A stretch of DNA of 64,000 bases, taken from assembly GCA_963821525.1 (NCBI GenBank), contig CAWGED010000005.1, positions 224,001-288,000 of the forward strand, written 5' to 3'. The notes under the pieces were generated by a model, which worked only from the letters and a program-made list of their open reading frames with translations, was not told the origin of the DNA and made no database searches. Position numbers and translations under genes: made by a program. The stretch comes from an uncultured Gemmatimonadales bacterium (GTDB lineage: Bacteria > Gemmatimonadota > Gemmatimonadetes > Gemmatimonadales > GWC2-71-9). This document shows positions 31,223-41,381 of this stretch, piece after piece; the first letter of the stretch is position 1; each line of letters starts with the position of its first letter.

Positions 31223-32573
31223 CAGCCCTTCACCTCGATCTTGGGGCCGGGCGTATAGCTGCGGCTCCAGTCTCTGGTCACCGGGCTTCTGATGATCTGG
31301 GAGTAGAGCATCCAGGCGACGATCGTGCCGAGGAAGAGATAGAGCAGCGTAATCAGGGTAAACGGCACTACGAGGCCCGGCATCGGAGTGACTGCCTCCG
31401 CCGTTCTCAAGACACCGGTGATGATCCACGGTTGCCGGCCAACCTCGGTCACCACCCAGCCCGCTTCGATGGCGAGAAACCCCATCGGACCGGCCAGGAT
31501 GATCGCCTTGAGCAGGGTACGATTCTGCGGAATTTCGCGGCGTCGTAAGGCTGTAATCGCCACCCACAGAGCGAGGAGAGCCATGTAGCTGCCGAGCCCC
31601 ACCATGATCTGAAATGCCAGGTGGACGATCGTGACGTGGGGCCAATCTTCACGGGGTACCTGGTCGAGGCCCTTCACCTCCGCGTGGGGATCATGATACG
31701 CCAGGAGTGACAGTCCGTAGGGAATCTCGATTCCAAAGCGAACCTCCCGCCGTTCAATGTCAGGCAGCCCGCCGATCAGGAGTGGGGCTCCGCGCCGGGT
31801 CTCGAAGACGGACTCCATCGCGGCGAGTTTGGCCGGCTGATACTCGGCTACGTTCCGGGCGCTGATGTCCCCCGAGACAGGCTGCAGCAGGGCGGCCGGT
31901 GTTCCGACCATGAGGCCGATCTGCAGGGCCCGCCGGTGGAAGGCGTTCATGGGATCGCCGAGGAGGAAGACCGCATGGACCGCGGAGACGGCGAGGCCGG
32001 TTGCGGCGTACGCGGCAAGCGTCATGTGCAGCGTCTGCTGAAATGCCGCGGGGTTGAGCATCGCGCGGATCGGATCGAGCTCCGTGAGCTGACCCGAGAC
32101 CGCGCGTGAATCCCGTGGGGGTATTCATCCAGGCGTTCGCGATGACGACGAAGATTCCGGAGAGCACGCCGCTGAGTGCCACCAGGATTCCCGCCCCTAT
32201 GTGCGCCTTGGGCGGAAATCCTTTCCCAGCCATAGAGGTAGATCCCGAGGAAGATGGCTTCCGTGAAGAAGGCGAAGCCTTCGAGGGAGAAAGGCATGCC
32301 GATGATCGGGCCCGCCATCTCCATGAACCTGGGCCACAGGAGACCCAGCTCGAAGCTCAGGACGGTTCCCGAAACGGCGCCGACGGCAAACAGAATCGCC
32401 GTGCCCTTCGCCCAGCGCTTGGCCAGCTCGAGGTAGACCGGATCGCGGGTTGCCCGCCAGCGCCATTCCGCCAGCACCATGAGCAGCGGCATGCCGATGC
32501 CTACCACCGCGAAGATGATATGAAAGGCCAGCGAGATGGCCATCTGGGAGCGGGCGGCGAGCAGGTCGGACAT
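31222..32573 (-). CDS. cydA: Cytochrome bd oxidase subunit I (indels at about 32090-32225)
   Basis: AFHIIF; EGFAFFTEAIF; ANAWMNTP; QPAKLAAME; GWVVTEVGRQPW. Confidence 0.93.
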
Positions 32574-32578
32574 GCCGC

Positions 32579-35346
32579 CTAGAACAATAGCTCTATCCCC
32601 AGGCGGAAGAGGTGAGGCGGGCCGTAGAAGAAGAGCGGCTGGGTATAGTCCTTGACCGCGGCCTGGTAGAGCGGCATCAGCTCCCCGGCGCCGTCCACAT
32701 AGCCGTTGTGGTCGAGGTCCGCCCAGGCACGGTAGCGCGGCGACTCATAGGGGATCGGTTCGGGGTGCATGGCGTACGCACTATCCACCAGCCCCTGAAC
32801 CTCGGCGTTGGTGGGGTTCACGCCTCCTGAATTGCGGCGGACGGCCACGATGTTGCGCTTGTTGAGAATGTTGCGGCCGTCGAGGTAGACGCTCCCCCCA
32901 TTTTGCCCAGCCTGAACGGCCGCCGAATCAGCATGTCCAGCGTGCTGGTGCTCGGCAGGCGATTGTCGTTGGGCAGGCCGACCAGACTGTCTCCCGCCAG
33001 ATTGGTACGCGAATAAGGCAACCCCGACCCCCAGCGGAAGATCAGCGATGCCTGGAAGTCGGCGAGCACGTGGGCGCCCAGGAGAGTCGGTCCCCAACGG
33101 GTAGGAGTCTGTCCCGTGCCGATCAGGATAAGGCCGTGCCGGCGATCGTAGTCCAGAGGGAATTCGACCTTGGCGGGGAAGGTGGTGTCCCCGGTGATAG
33201 GATCAACTCTGATTTGCTGGCGCAACAGGAACGCGGTGGTAGACGTCGCAGTAGCCTGTTGCAGAGTGTAGCTCACCCGGAGTCCCCAGTTCCGCCGGAA
33301 CTCCCGCTCCAGAATCAACTCGAGTCCCTTTACCGATCCTGCGTCGGCATTACCGAAAATGCTCGAATCGGGATCCACGCCGAAGGGAACTGAAGCGACG
33401 AGCCCGTCGAGCCGCTTGATGTAGAGATTCGCCCGGACGGAAGTGATCTGGGAGGGCCGCACCCGGAGGCTGAACTCGTATTGGGTGTTCTCCTCGAATC
33501 CGAGGTTCGGATTACCCTGACGGAACCTCCCGGTGCGTACCGTATCGTCGAAGGCGGCGTCCACCAGGTACTGATAGTCTGGTGGCTGGCGGAATACGCC
33601 GTAGCTCGCGACGAATGTCGCTCCTTTGAAGACCGTGCTCACGGCAAAGCGGGGACTCAGTCCATGCTGGGTCTCGGCAGGCTGTCCGGGCAGATCGAGC
33701 CGTCCGCTGAACTGGTCGTACCGCAGTCCTGCCGTGAAGGCCAACTCGTCTTTCCGGTACTGCGCCTCGGCGTAGAGCGCCGCGGCGTAGGGGTCAAAAC
33801 TGCTGGCTGTGGCGTCGGGAACCGAATCGCCCGCGGGGAGGTAGCCCAGCACGCGGTTGAAGGTGCGTACCTCCTGGCTGGCGTATTCACCGCCGACGTA
33901 GAAGTCTCCGGAGGTCCCGGCGCTGATGCTCAGATCGAGCCGGCTGCGCAGGTCCTTGTACTTATTCCAGGCGACATCTCCCTTCGATGAACCACCCATG
34001 TAATAGGCGGGCACTCCCCACGGAGTCTTATCGCTGGGCGCGGGAGGAGAGAATCCGATAATCTGGCGGTTCCCGGCAACGGTGTCTTGCCGGCGCGCGA
34101 TGTCCTCTCCGACGATGTCAAGCTTATCGAAGGTGAATGCGCCGACGTTGTAGTCGGGCGGATTAACACTGGTTCCGCGGAGGAATTCGCGGTCGAAATA
34201 CCCCACGCGAACGTCCCCCACGATCCCGGGCTTCTCAAGAACCTGCTGGAAGTGTCCGCTGATGAAAGTCCCGGTCAGCCGGCGAGCGGGCCCAAGATCA
34301 GGCTCGTATTTGTAGAGCGGATCATAGAGGAAGCGCTGTTCGTTGCTCTGTGCGGCCAGCAGGCGAAGGGTCCTGGTGCGGCCAAGCGGCGCGGTCACCT
34401 TCCCCGCGAGGTTGATGAGCTGGCCGCTGTTGTGGGGAAGAAGCCATGGCTCAGCGTGCCGGGGATCCCTCGAATCGGATGGCGCCGGCGCGTTGACCGG
34501 GTCGGCATCCATGCGCGCCGACAGATCCGCCGCACCTACCACGGTGACTCCACCGGCTACGGGCCCGTCGCCCGAGAGAATCGCGCGGTCGAGTCCGTAG
34601 TCCAGCCCGTCGCCGAAGGGACGGTCGGTCTCGTAGGCGGCGTGGCCGCTCCACTTCTGTCCTCCATCCCGGGTTACCACGTTCACCAGCGCCGAGATGG
34701 CCTGGCCGTAGCGCGCCGAAAAGCCGTTGGTGATGAGGGAGGTCTCGGCCAGCATGTCGAGAGGCAGTCCCAACGTGGTCGCGCTGGTCGACGCATCGAG
34801 CTGATTCTTGATTCCTAAGCCGTCCACGATGAACGCTTGCTCTCCAATCCGGCCTCCGCGATAGCTCTCGCCCACGGTTCCGGCGGACAAGGCAACCGCC
34901 TCTTCCAAGGTGGTGACCGGAATTCTGCGCAGCTCTTCCGCGGTGAAACGCTGGGCGTCGGTCACGACGAACGGATCGAGGACCGAGTCCACTCGCTGAC
35001 TGACCACTTCGATGGGTTCGAGTCCGACGGGGTCAACGGTCAGCGAAAAATCGAGCCTGGTGACCTGGCCACTTCGAATGAGCACGCTGTCGCGGCTGAC
35101 CGGCCGATGGCCGATGGAGGCGGCGCTGATCGCGTGCCAGCCGGCAGGCACCTCCCGCAAGCGATAGAACCCCTCGGCGTCGGTCACCGCGACGTAACGT
35201 CCATCGTCCACCACCAGCCGGGCGCCCTGCAGCGGAGTCTTCGTCTCCCCCGCCTCCCGCACGAACCCGGACACGCCACCTACTGCCTGAGCGCCAAGTG
35301 GCGCGGCGGCGGCCATGAATGCCGCTGCGAGAAGGAGGCGTCTCAT
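32579..35346 (-). CDS. TonB-dependent receptor with N-terminal carboxypeptidase-regulatory-like domain (frameshift near 32900)
   Basis: Signal peptide; plug RGGR..GFSARYGQA; barrel strands; C-terminal FRLGIELLF. Confidence 0.88.
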
Positions 35347-36440
35347 GGTTCCTCCAGCGCCCAGAGGTCAGCACTGGGGAGGGGGCGAGCCCCGCCGAGA
35401 TCCACGTATGACTCGACCACGAGCCTCTGTCCCGATGGGGAGAGCGCCGGATACCGGTGCAGCCGGCCCGGCATGGTGATGTCGGTTTCCAGTCCGGAGG
35501 TGAGATCAACCGAGAAAAGCCGGCCACCAAAGTCCCGGGTTATGGGTCCCAGGACTGGGTCGTTTGTGAAGGTGATGTCGCCGCCGACGATCGCGACCAG
35601 ACGGTTGCCCGAGACCTGCACATCCCGCGCGATTCCCGCCACCCCGAAGTCGTGCACTGTCTGGACGTTTGTGGTCGCCAGGTCCATGCGGTACACGGCG
35701 CTGCTGTTCGCCACGGTGTAATAGATCGCTTTGCCGTCCGGGGTCGGCTGCACCGAGGACGCGAGCGAGGTTCCCGGAATGATGCCGACCACCGGACTAC
35801 CACCGTTCAGGTCGATCCTCGCGATCTCGATTCCCGTGACCACGGTGTCGGGCGGTTCAAATGGAGCCGGAGGGACGTAGTCGATCCTGGCGGCGACGTA
35901 GATCAGTGCGTCATCGCCCAGCCAGGCCATGTGGACGGGGATGTCATGGATCTGGGTGCTGGGCGAGACAAAGGGGAATTTCTGGATGGTGTCGACGTGG
36001 ATCAGATCGTCCAGCCGGGTGACCAGGAGCTCACGATGATTGGGCGTGAGCGCGAATTGCTCGCCGACGCTGGACAGGTAGACGAGGAGCGAATCGGAAA
36101 CCACCGGGCGTTCCAGGGCATCGATCGAATCGATGCTGAACGACGCGTGGGTGCAGAGGGTGAGGGTGCGGGTGCCGCCTCCCGGAGGCAATTCCGCGAT
36201 GCAGCGATCACGCTGAGACGAATCCGTCCGCTCGTAGCTGTAGAACAACCCTGTCTCGTCCGGTTTCCAGACGGGGAAGAGATCGGTTCCCAGGTTGAGG
36301 GTCAGCTGTCGGGGGACGGCCGTGCTGAAAGGGCCTTCAGGGGTGAAGGCTCCGGTGGAGAACGGCTCGGTGTGCTCACAGCCCACAGTCAGGGCGGCCA
36401 GCAGGTACAGGACGCCCTTCGGGAGGGGGCTCCGGTTCAC
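35343..36440 (-). CDS. Lipoprotein with TolB-like beta-propeller repeats
   Basis: TVGC lipobox; PVWKPD, PTPDGK, PALSPSG repeats. Confidence 0.7.
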   Translation of the reverse strand: MNRSPLPKGVLYLLAALTVGCEHTEPFSTGAFTPEGPFSTAVPRQLTLNLGTDLFPVWKPDETGLFYSYERTDSSQRDRCIAELPPGGGTRTLTLCTHASFSIDSIDALERPVVSDSLLVYLSSVGEQFALTPNHRELLVTRLDDLIHVDTIQKFPFVSPSTQIHDIPVHMAWLGDDALIYVAARIDYVPPAPFEPPDTVVTGIEIARIDLNGGSPVVGIIPGTSLASSVQPTPDGKAIYYTVANSSAVYRMDLATTNVQTVHDFGVAGIARDVQVSGNRLVAIVGGDITFTNDPVLGPITRDFGGRLFSVDLTSGLETDITMPGRLHRYPALSPSGQRLVVESYVDLGGARPLPSADLWALEEP

Positions 36441-36555
36441 GAGTGTTCCATGTCTTCTGGGTTGTTGCTAAGACGAACGAACGGCGTCGCGGCTACACGC
36501 GTTGGTGGGCCAAGTGTACCGCTGGTGGGGGCGGGCGGGAAGAGGAGGCGATCGA

Positions 36556-36688
36556 TGTCCGATTCCGGGACGGTCGAATCCCACAGCCGAACGGAAGCGC
36601 AACCTTCCGCGGGAACGCCGAGTCTAAGTGCTTGTCGTTTCAGCCTTGAGAAGGCGTCCCCCGAGTCACCTGAGGGCACAGAACTTCC
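36556..36688 (+). promoter_or_regulatory. Possible activator site (TGTCCG-ATTC-CGGGAC) and degenerate sigma54 promoter
   Basis: Imperfect palindrome at 36556-36571; GGCACAGAACTTCC at 36675-36688 (-12 is CC, not GC); the operon encodes a sigma54 activator. Confidence 0.35.
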
Positions 36689-36756
36689 CTAAGCATGGGG
36701 GCTGATCGCCGACCGCACGGCGAGTCTGGGCCTAACCCTTAAGCAGTGGGAGTGAC

Positions 36757-38001
36757 TTGGACATTCAACGCCAGCCGGTGAAGAACCGGCGCCGTTTCCT
36801 CTATCTAGCGGCCGCCATCGTCGCGGTCGTGGCCACGACCGTGGGACTCAGCCGGCTCAAGCCGGCCGCCCCCTCGGTCGAACTCGGGACCCTCTGGATG
36901 GACACTGTGCGGAAGGGACCGATGGTCCGGGAGGTCCGGGGTCCAGGGACCCTGGTTCCCGAGGAGATCCGGTGGATTTCCGCAGTCACCCCGGGACGGG
37001 TGGACCGGGTGCTGGTGCAGCCCGGGGTGATCGTGAACGAAAACACCCTGCTGCTCGAGTTGAGCAACCCCGATGTACAGATCCAGAGCCTTCAGGCGCA
37101 ACGCGAACTCACCGCCGCCGAAGCGGAACTGATCTCGCTCAAGACCAATCTCGAAGCGCAACGGCTCACCCAGGCGGGGGTCGTCGCCACGGCCAAGTCG
37201 GCCTATCGCGAGGCGCAGCGGAAGGCGAAGGCGGATTCGGATCTGGTGGCTCAGAATCTCATCTCCACCGCGGAAGCGGGCCGATCGGGCGACCAGGCGG
37301 AGGAGATGACGACCCGGATGGAGATCGAGGAGAGGCGGCTTGCAATCCTGACCGACAACATGAAGGAGCAGCTCGACGTGCAGCAGGCCCAGGTCGAGCG
37401 CCTTCGCGCGATTGCGGCGTTTCAGCGGCGCCAGGTGGAATCGATGGTGGTGCGGGCCGGTGCGACCGGCGTGCTGCAGGAACTGCCGATGCAGGTAGGG
37501 CAGTGGGCAATCTCGGGCGCGACACTCGCCAAGGTGGTCCGTCCGGAGAAACTCAAGGCCGTGCTGAGGATTCCCGAAACCCAAGCCCCGGATGTCACCG
37601 TCGGCCAGCCCGCCGCGATCGACACCCGCAATGGAATCGTGAAGGGTCACGTGGTTCGGATGGATCCCGCCTCACAAAACGGGACGGTGACCGTGGATGT
37701 GACGCTCGATGGCACGCTGCCCAAGGGCGCGCGGCCCGACCTGAGCGTGGATGGCACGATCGAGATCGAGCGGCTCAGCGATGTACTGCACGTCGGACGC
37801 CCGGCCTACGGACAGGCGAACAGCACGGTGGGGATCTTCCGCATGGTTCCGAGCACCGACGAGGCCGAACGGGTGCAGGTCGGATTGGGCCGGAGCTCGG
37901 TGAATACGATCGAGGTTCTGCGTGGGCTCAATGAAGGCGACGTGGTGATCCTGTCCGATATGTCGCGTTGGGATGCGGTTGATCGCGTGAGGGTGAAGTG
38001 A
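36757..38001 (+). CDS. Periplasmic adaptor (HlyD/MacA-like membrane fusion protein)
   Basis: N-terminal TM, barrel-sandwich hybrid halves, coiled coil, GLNEGDVVI. Confidence 0.9.
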   Translation: MDIQRQPVKNRRRFLYLAAAIVAVVATTVGLSRLKPAAPSVELGTLWMDTVRKGPMVREVRGPGTLVPEEIRWISAVTPGRVDRVLVQPGVIVNENTLLLELSNPDVQIQSLQAQRELTAAEAELISLKTNLEAQRLTQAGVVATAKSAYREAQRKAKADSDLVAQNLISTAEAGRSGDQAEEMTTRMEIEERRLAILTDNMKEQLDVQQAQVERLRAIAAFQRRQVESMVVRAGATGVLQELPMQVGQWAISGATLAKVVRPEKLKAVLRIPETQAPDVTVGQPAAIDTRNGIVKGHVVRMDPASQNGTVTVDVTLDGTLPKGARPDLSVDGTIEIERLSDVLHVGRPAYGQANSTVGIFRMVPSTDEAERVQVGLGRSSVNTIEVLRGLNEGDVVILSDMSRWDAVDRVRVK

Positions 38002-38010
38002 TGTTGACAC

Positions 38011-38080
38011 TAGCCGTAAGCCGTAAGCCATAGGTTGCCAGCTTGGCCGCTCGCTTACGGCCTAAGGCTTACGGCTTAAG
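38011..38080. repeat. Inverted 7-nt arrays (AGCCGTA / CTTACGG)
   Basis: tagccgtaagccgtaagccata...cttacggcctaaggcttacggctta. Confidence 0.8.
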
Positions 38081-38117
38081 GCAGATACTCGAACCAACCA
38101 CTCAAACTGGTACCCCA

Positions 38118-38829
38118 ATGACCACCGATGGCAGCCCGCTAATTCAGCTCGAAGGCATCAAGAAGGTCTTCTATACCGAAGAGGTAGAAACCCATGCCTT
38201 GTCCGAGATCCATCTCGAGATCCGGAGGGGCGACTACGTAGCCATCGCGGGTCCATCGGGCTGCGGGAAGACCACGCTCCTGTCGATCCTCGGCCTGCTC
38301 GACACGGCGATCGGGCGGCACCTACATGCTCGACGGCAAGTCGGTGGCGCAACTCGGGGCCTCGGAGCGAGCCCGCATTCGGAACCGGGAGATCGGGTTC
38401 ATCTTCCAGGCGTTCAACCTCATCGGCGATCTCACCGTGTATGAGAACGTCGAGCTGCCGCTCACCTACCGCGGGCTGCCCTCCGCCGAGCGGCAGAAAC
38501 GGGTCAAGGACGCGCTGGACAAGGTGGGGATGACCCACCGGGTAAAGCACTACCCCTCGCAGCTCTCGGGCGGTCAACAGCAGCGGGTCGCTGTGGCGCG
38601 CGCTGTAGCAGGCCAGCCGCTGATCCTCCTGGCGGACGAGCCGACCGGAAATCTCGACTCCAGCAACGGTGAGCAGGTGATGGAGCTGCTGCGCGATCTG
38701 CATCGCGCCGGCGCCACGATCTGCATGGTGACCCACGACCCGCGGTATGCCCGACATGCCGACCGGGCGGTGCACCTCTTCGATGGCCGGGTGGTGGAGG
38801 ACACGACCCCGGAACTCGCCCCGGTATAG
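38118..38829 (+). CDS. ABC ATPase, MacB/LolD-like (frameshift near 38310)
   Basis: [31 protein letters not shown]. Confidence 0.93.
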
Positions 38830-38896
38830 CACCAATACGATGACTCAGTCCCCAGTCCTCAGTCCTCGCCGCTAAGCAACTGAACGGGAGGCCGAC

Positions 38897-41329
38897 GTGA
38901 ATACGCTGTTGCAGAATCTGCGCTACGCCGGGCGCCAGCTCCGCAAGAGTCCGGGTTTCACGACCACCGCGGTGCTGACCCTGGCTCTCGGCATCGGAGC
39001 CAACAGCGCGATCTTTTCGGTGATCAACGCTACCCTGCTGCGCCCCTTGCCTTACGCCGATCCGTCGCGCCTCGTCACTGTCGAACACCACTACCCGGGG
39101 CTCAACGACCTCCTTGCTCCGGTGTCGGTCCCCGGGTTCCTGGCCTACGAGCAGAAGAAGCAGGTCTTCCAGCACGCGGCGGTCGAGACCGGCTGGGCTC
39201 CTACGCTCACCGGTCGGGGAGACCCGCAGCGAGTGGTCGCCAGCCTCATCACAGGAGATTACTTCACCACCCTCGGAGTGAGTGCCGAGCTTGGCCGCAC
39301 ACTCACTCCCGAGGAGAACGAGGCGGGGCACGACAAGGTCGTCGTGCTTAGCCATCCGTTCTGGGAGCGGGTGATGGGTGGAGAGCGCTCCGCGCTTGGT
39401 CAGCACGTGATTCTAGACGGGGAGAGTTACGAAGTCGTGGGTGTGATGCCCGCGAGCTTCCGTGGCTGGATCCGGAATGCCGAGTTGTGGACCCCGATTG
39501 TCTTTACTCCGGCGCAGAAGGATCCCAACCGGTTCACCAATGAGTTCCTGAATTTCATCGGTCGCCTGGCGCCGGGCACCACGTTCGAGCAGGCCAAGGC
39601 CGATATCGCTGCCTACGGCGTGAGCCTCCGGACCGACAATCCCGACCGGTTCGCGCCGGATTGGGGGCTGGTCATGACCACGCTGGATGAAAAGGCCGAC
39701 GGCCCGATTCGCGCCGCGCTCTACGTGCTGCTCGCGGCGGTCGGCTTCGTGCTGCTCATCGCGTGCGCCAACGTGGCCAATCTGCAGCTGGCGAGAGCGG
39801 CGAGCCGCACTCGGGAGATCGCGGTCCGGGTGGCCCTCGGCGCTTCGCCGGGCAAGCTGGTCGGCCAGCTGCTCACCGAAAGCGTACTGCTCGCCGTGAT
39901 CGGCGGTGGTCTGGGACTCCTCCTCGCGGTGTGGGTCGTTCCCGCGCTGTTGGCTCTCAACCCAGGCAACCTGCCTCCCACCGACGAGATCAAGGTCAAC
40001 GGCACGGTATTGCTCTACACCCTGGGGATCTCGGTCTTCACCGGCCTCCTCTTCGGCATCATGCCGGCGCTGCAGCTGGCCCGGACCGACCTGCACGACA
40101 CCCTCAAGGAAGGCGGACGCGGCAGCTCTGGTGACCGGCGCGGTCTAGCGATTCGGCGGGGCCTCGTCGTCGCGACGGTGGCCCTGGCGCTCACGCTGCT
40201 CGCCGGCGCCGGGCTGCTGGTCAAGAGCTTCGCCCGTCTGGTCGGCGTGGATCCCGGTTTCAAGCCCGACCATCTCCTCACCTTCAACATTTCCCTGCCG
40301 CAACTGCGCTACAACAACGACACGCTGCAGATCGCGGCCTTCGAGCGGATCACCAGTGCGCTGGAAGCGGTTCCCGGTGCGGCGAAGGTCGGGGCCACCT
40401 CGACGCTTCCCTTCAGCGGGCAGTGGTCAACCGGAAGCTTTAGCATCGAGGGTTATCAGGTGCCCAAGGGAGCACCCAGTCCCTGGGGAGACCAGCGCGT
40501 TGTCACCCCGAATTTCCTGTCGACTCTTGGAGCGCCGGTTCTCAAGGGACGTCTTTTCGGGCCGGAGGACAGGGCCGGCACACCCCGGGTCGTGATCGTG
40601 GACCAGGAGATGGTCAATCGGTATTGGCCCAAGGATGATCCGATAGGAAAACGGATCACGTTCAATCAGCTCACCGACTCGACGATCGATTGGCTTACGG
40701 TGGTGGGTGTGGTCGGCCATACCAGTCACGAGGGTTTGGACGCCCAACGCCGAGTGCAGATGTACTTCCCGCTCGAGCAGGTAGCGGTCAACTCGATGAG
40801 TTTCATCATCCGGACTCCGGGCGATCCCAACGCCCTGCTGCCCAGCGTGAAGGCAGCCGTTCGGGCGATCGACGCCGATTTGCCCTTCTCGAGAGTCACG
40901 ACGATGGAGGCATTGGTCGAACAGTCCACCGGTCCACGGCGCTTCTCCATGCTGCTGCTCGGTCTGTTCTCGCTGCTGGCGGTGGGACTCGCCTCGATCG
41001 GTCTCTACGGCGTCATGTCCTACAACGTGACCCAGCGTTCGCGCGAGCTTGGAGTACGACTCGCGCTGGGAGCCGCAACCCGGGATCTCCTCGGACTGGT
41101 ACTGCGGCAGGGAATGCGCCTGGTGCTCATAGGCGTGGCAGTCGGACTGGTCGCCGCTCTGGCCGCGACGAGACTGCTCCGCAGCATGCTCTTCAATGTG
41201 AGCAGTACCGACCCCGTCACTTTCATCCTCATCGCGCTGCTCCTGCTCGGCGTTTCGCTGCTGGCGATATGGATTCCCGCCCGCCGCGCGACGAAAGTTG
41301 ACCCGATTATCGCGCTGCGCGCGGAATGA
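38897..41329 (+). CDS. ABC permease 1 (duplicated MacB/FtsX-type, ADOP-like)
   Basis: [30 protein letters not shown]. Confidence 0.93.
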   Translation: MNTLLQNLRYAGRQLRKSPGFTTTAVLTLALGIGANSAIFSVINATLLRPLPYADPSRLVTVEHHYPGLNDLLAPVSVPGFLAYEQKKQVFQHAAVETGWAPTLTGRGDPQRVVASLITGDYFTTLGVSAELGRTLTPEENEAGHDKVVVLSHPFWERVMGGERSALGQHVILDGESYEVVGVMPASFRGWIRNAELWTPIVFTPAQKDPNRFTNEFLNFIGRLAPGTTFEQAKADIAAYGVSLRTDNPDRFAPDWGLVMTTLDEKADGPIRAALYVLLAAVGFVLLIACANVANLQLARAASRTREIAVRVALGASPGKLVGQLLTESVLLAVIGGGLGLLLAVWVVPALLALNPGNLPPTDEIKVNGTVLLYTLGISVFTGLLFGIMPALQLARTDLHDTLKEGGRGSSGDRRGLAIRRGLVVATVALALTLLAGAGLLVKSFARLVGVDPGFKPDHLLTFNISLPQLRYNNDTLQIAAFERITSALEAVPGAAKVGATSTLPFSGQWSTGSFSIEGYQVPKGAPSPWGDQRVVTPNFLSTLGAPVLKGRLFGPEDRAGTPRVVIVDQEMVNRYWPKDDPIGKRITFNQLTDSTIDWLTVVGVVGHTSHEGLDAQRRVQMYFPLEQVAVNSMSFIIRTPGDPNALLPSVKAAVRAIDADLPFSRVTTMEALVEQSTGPRRFSMLLLGLFSLLAVGLASIGLYGVMSYNVTQRSRELGVRLALGAATRDLLGLVLRQGMRLVLIGVAVGLVAALAATRLLRSMLFNVSSTDPVTFILIALLLLGVSLLAIWIPARRATKVDPIIALRAE

Positions 41330-41381
41330 GAGAAGTGCAAAAGGACTGAGGACTGAGTGGGCCATCGAGTAGGAGCCGCGT

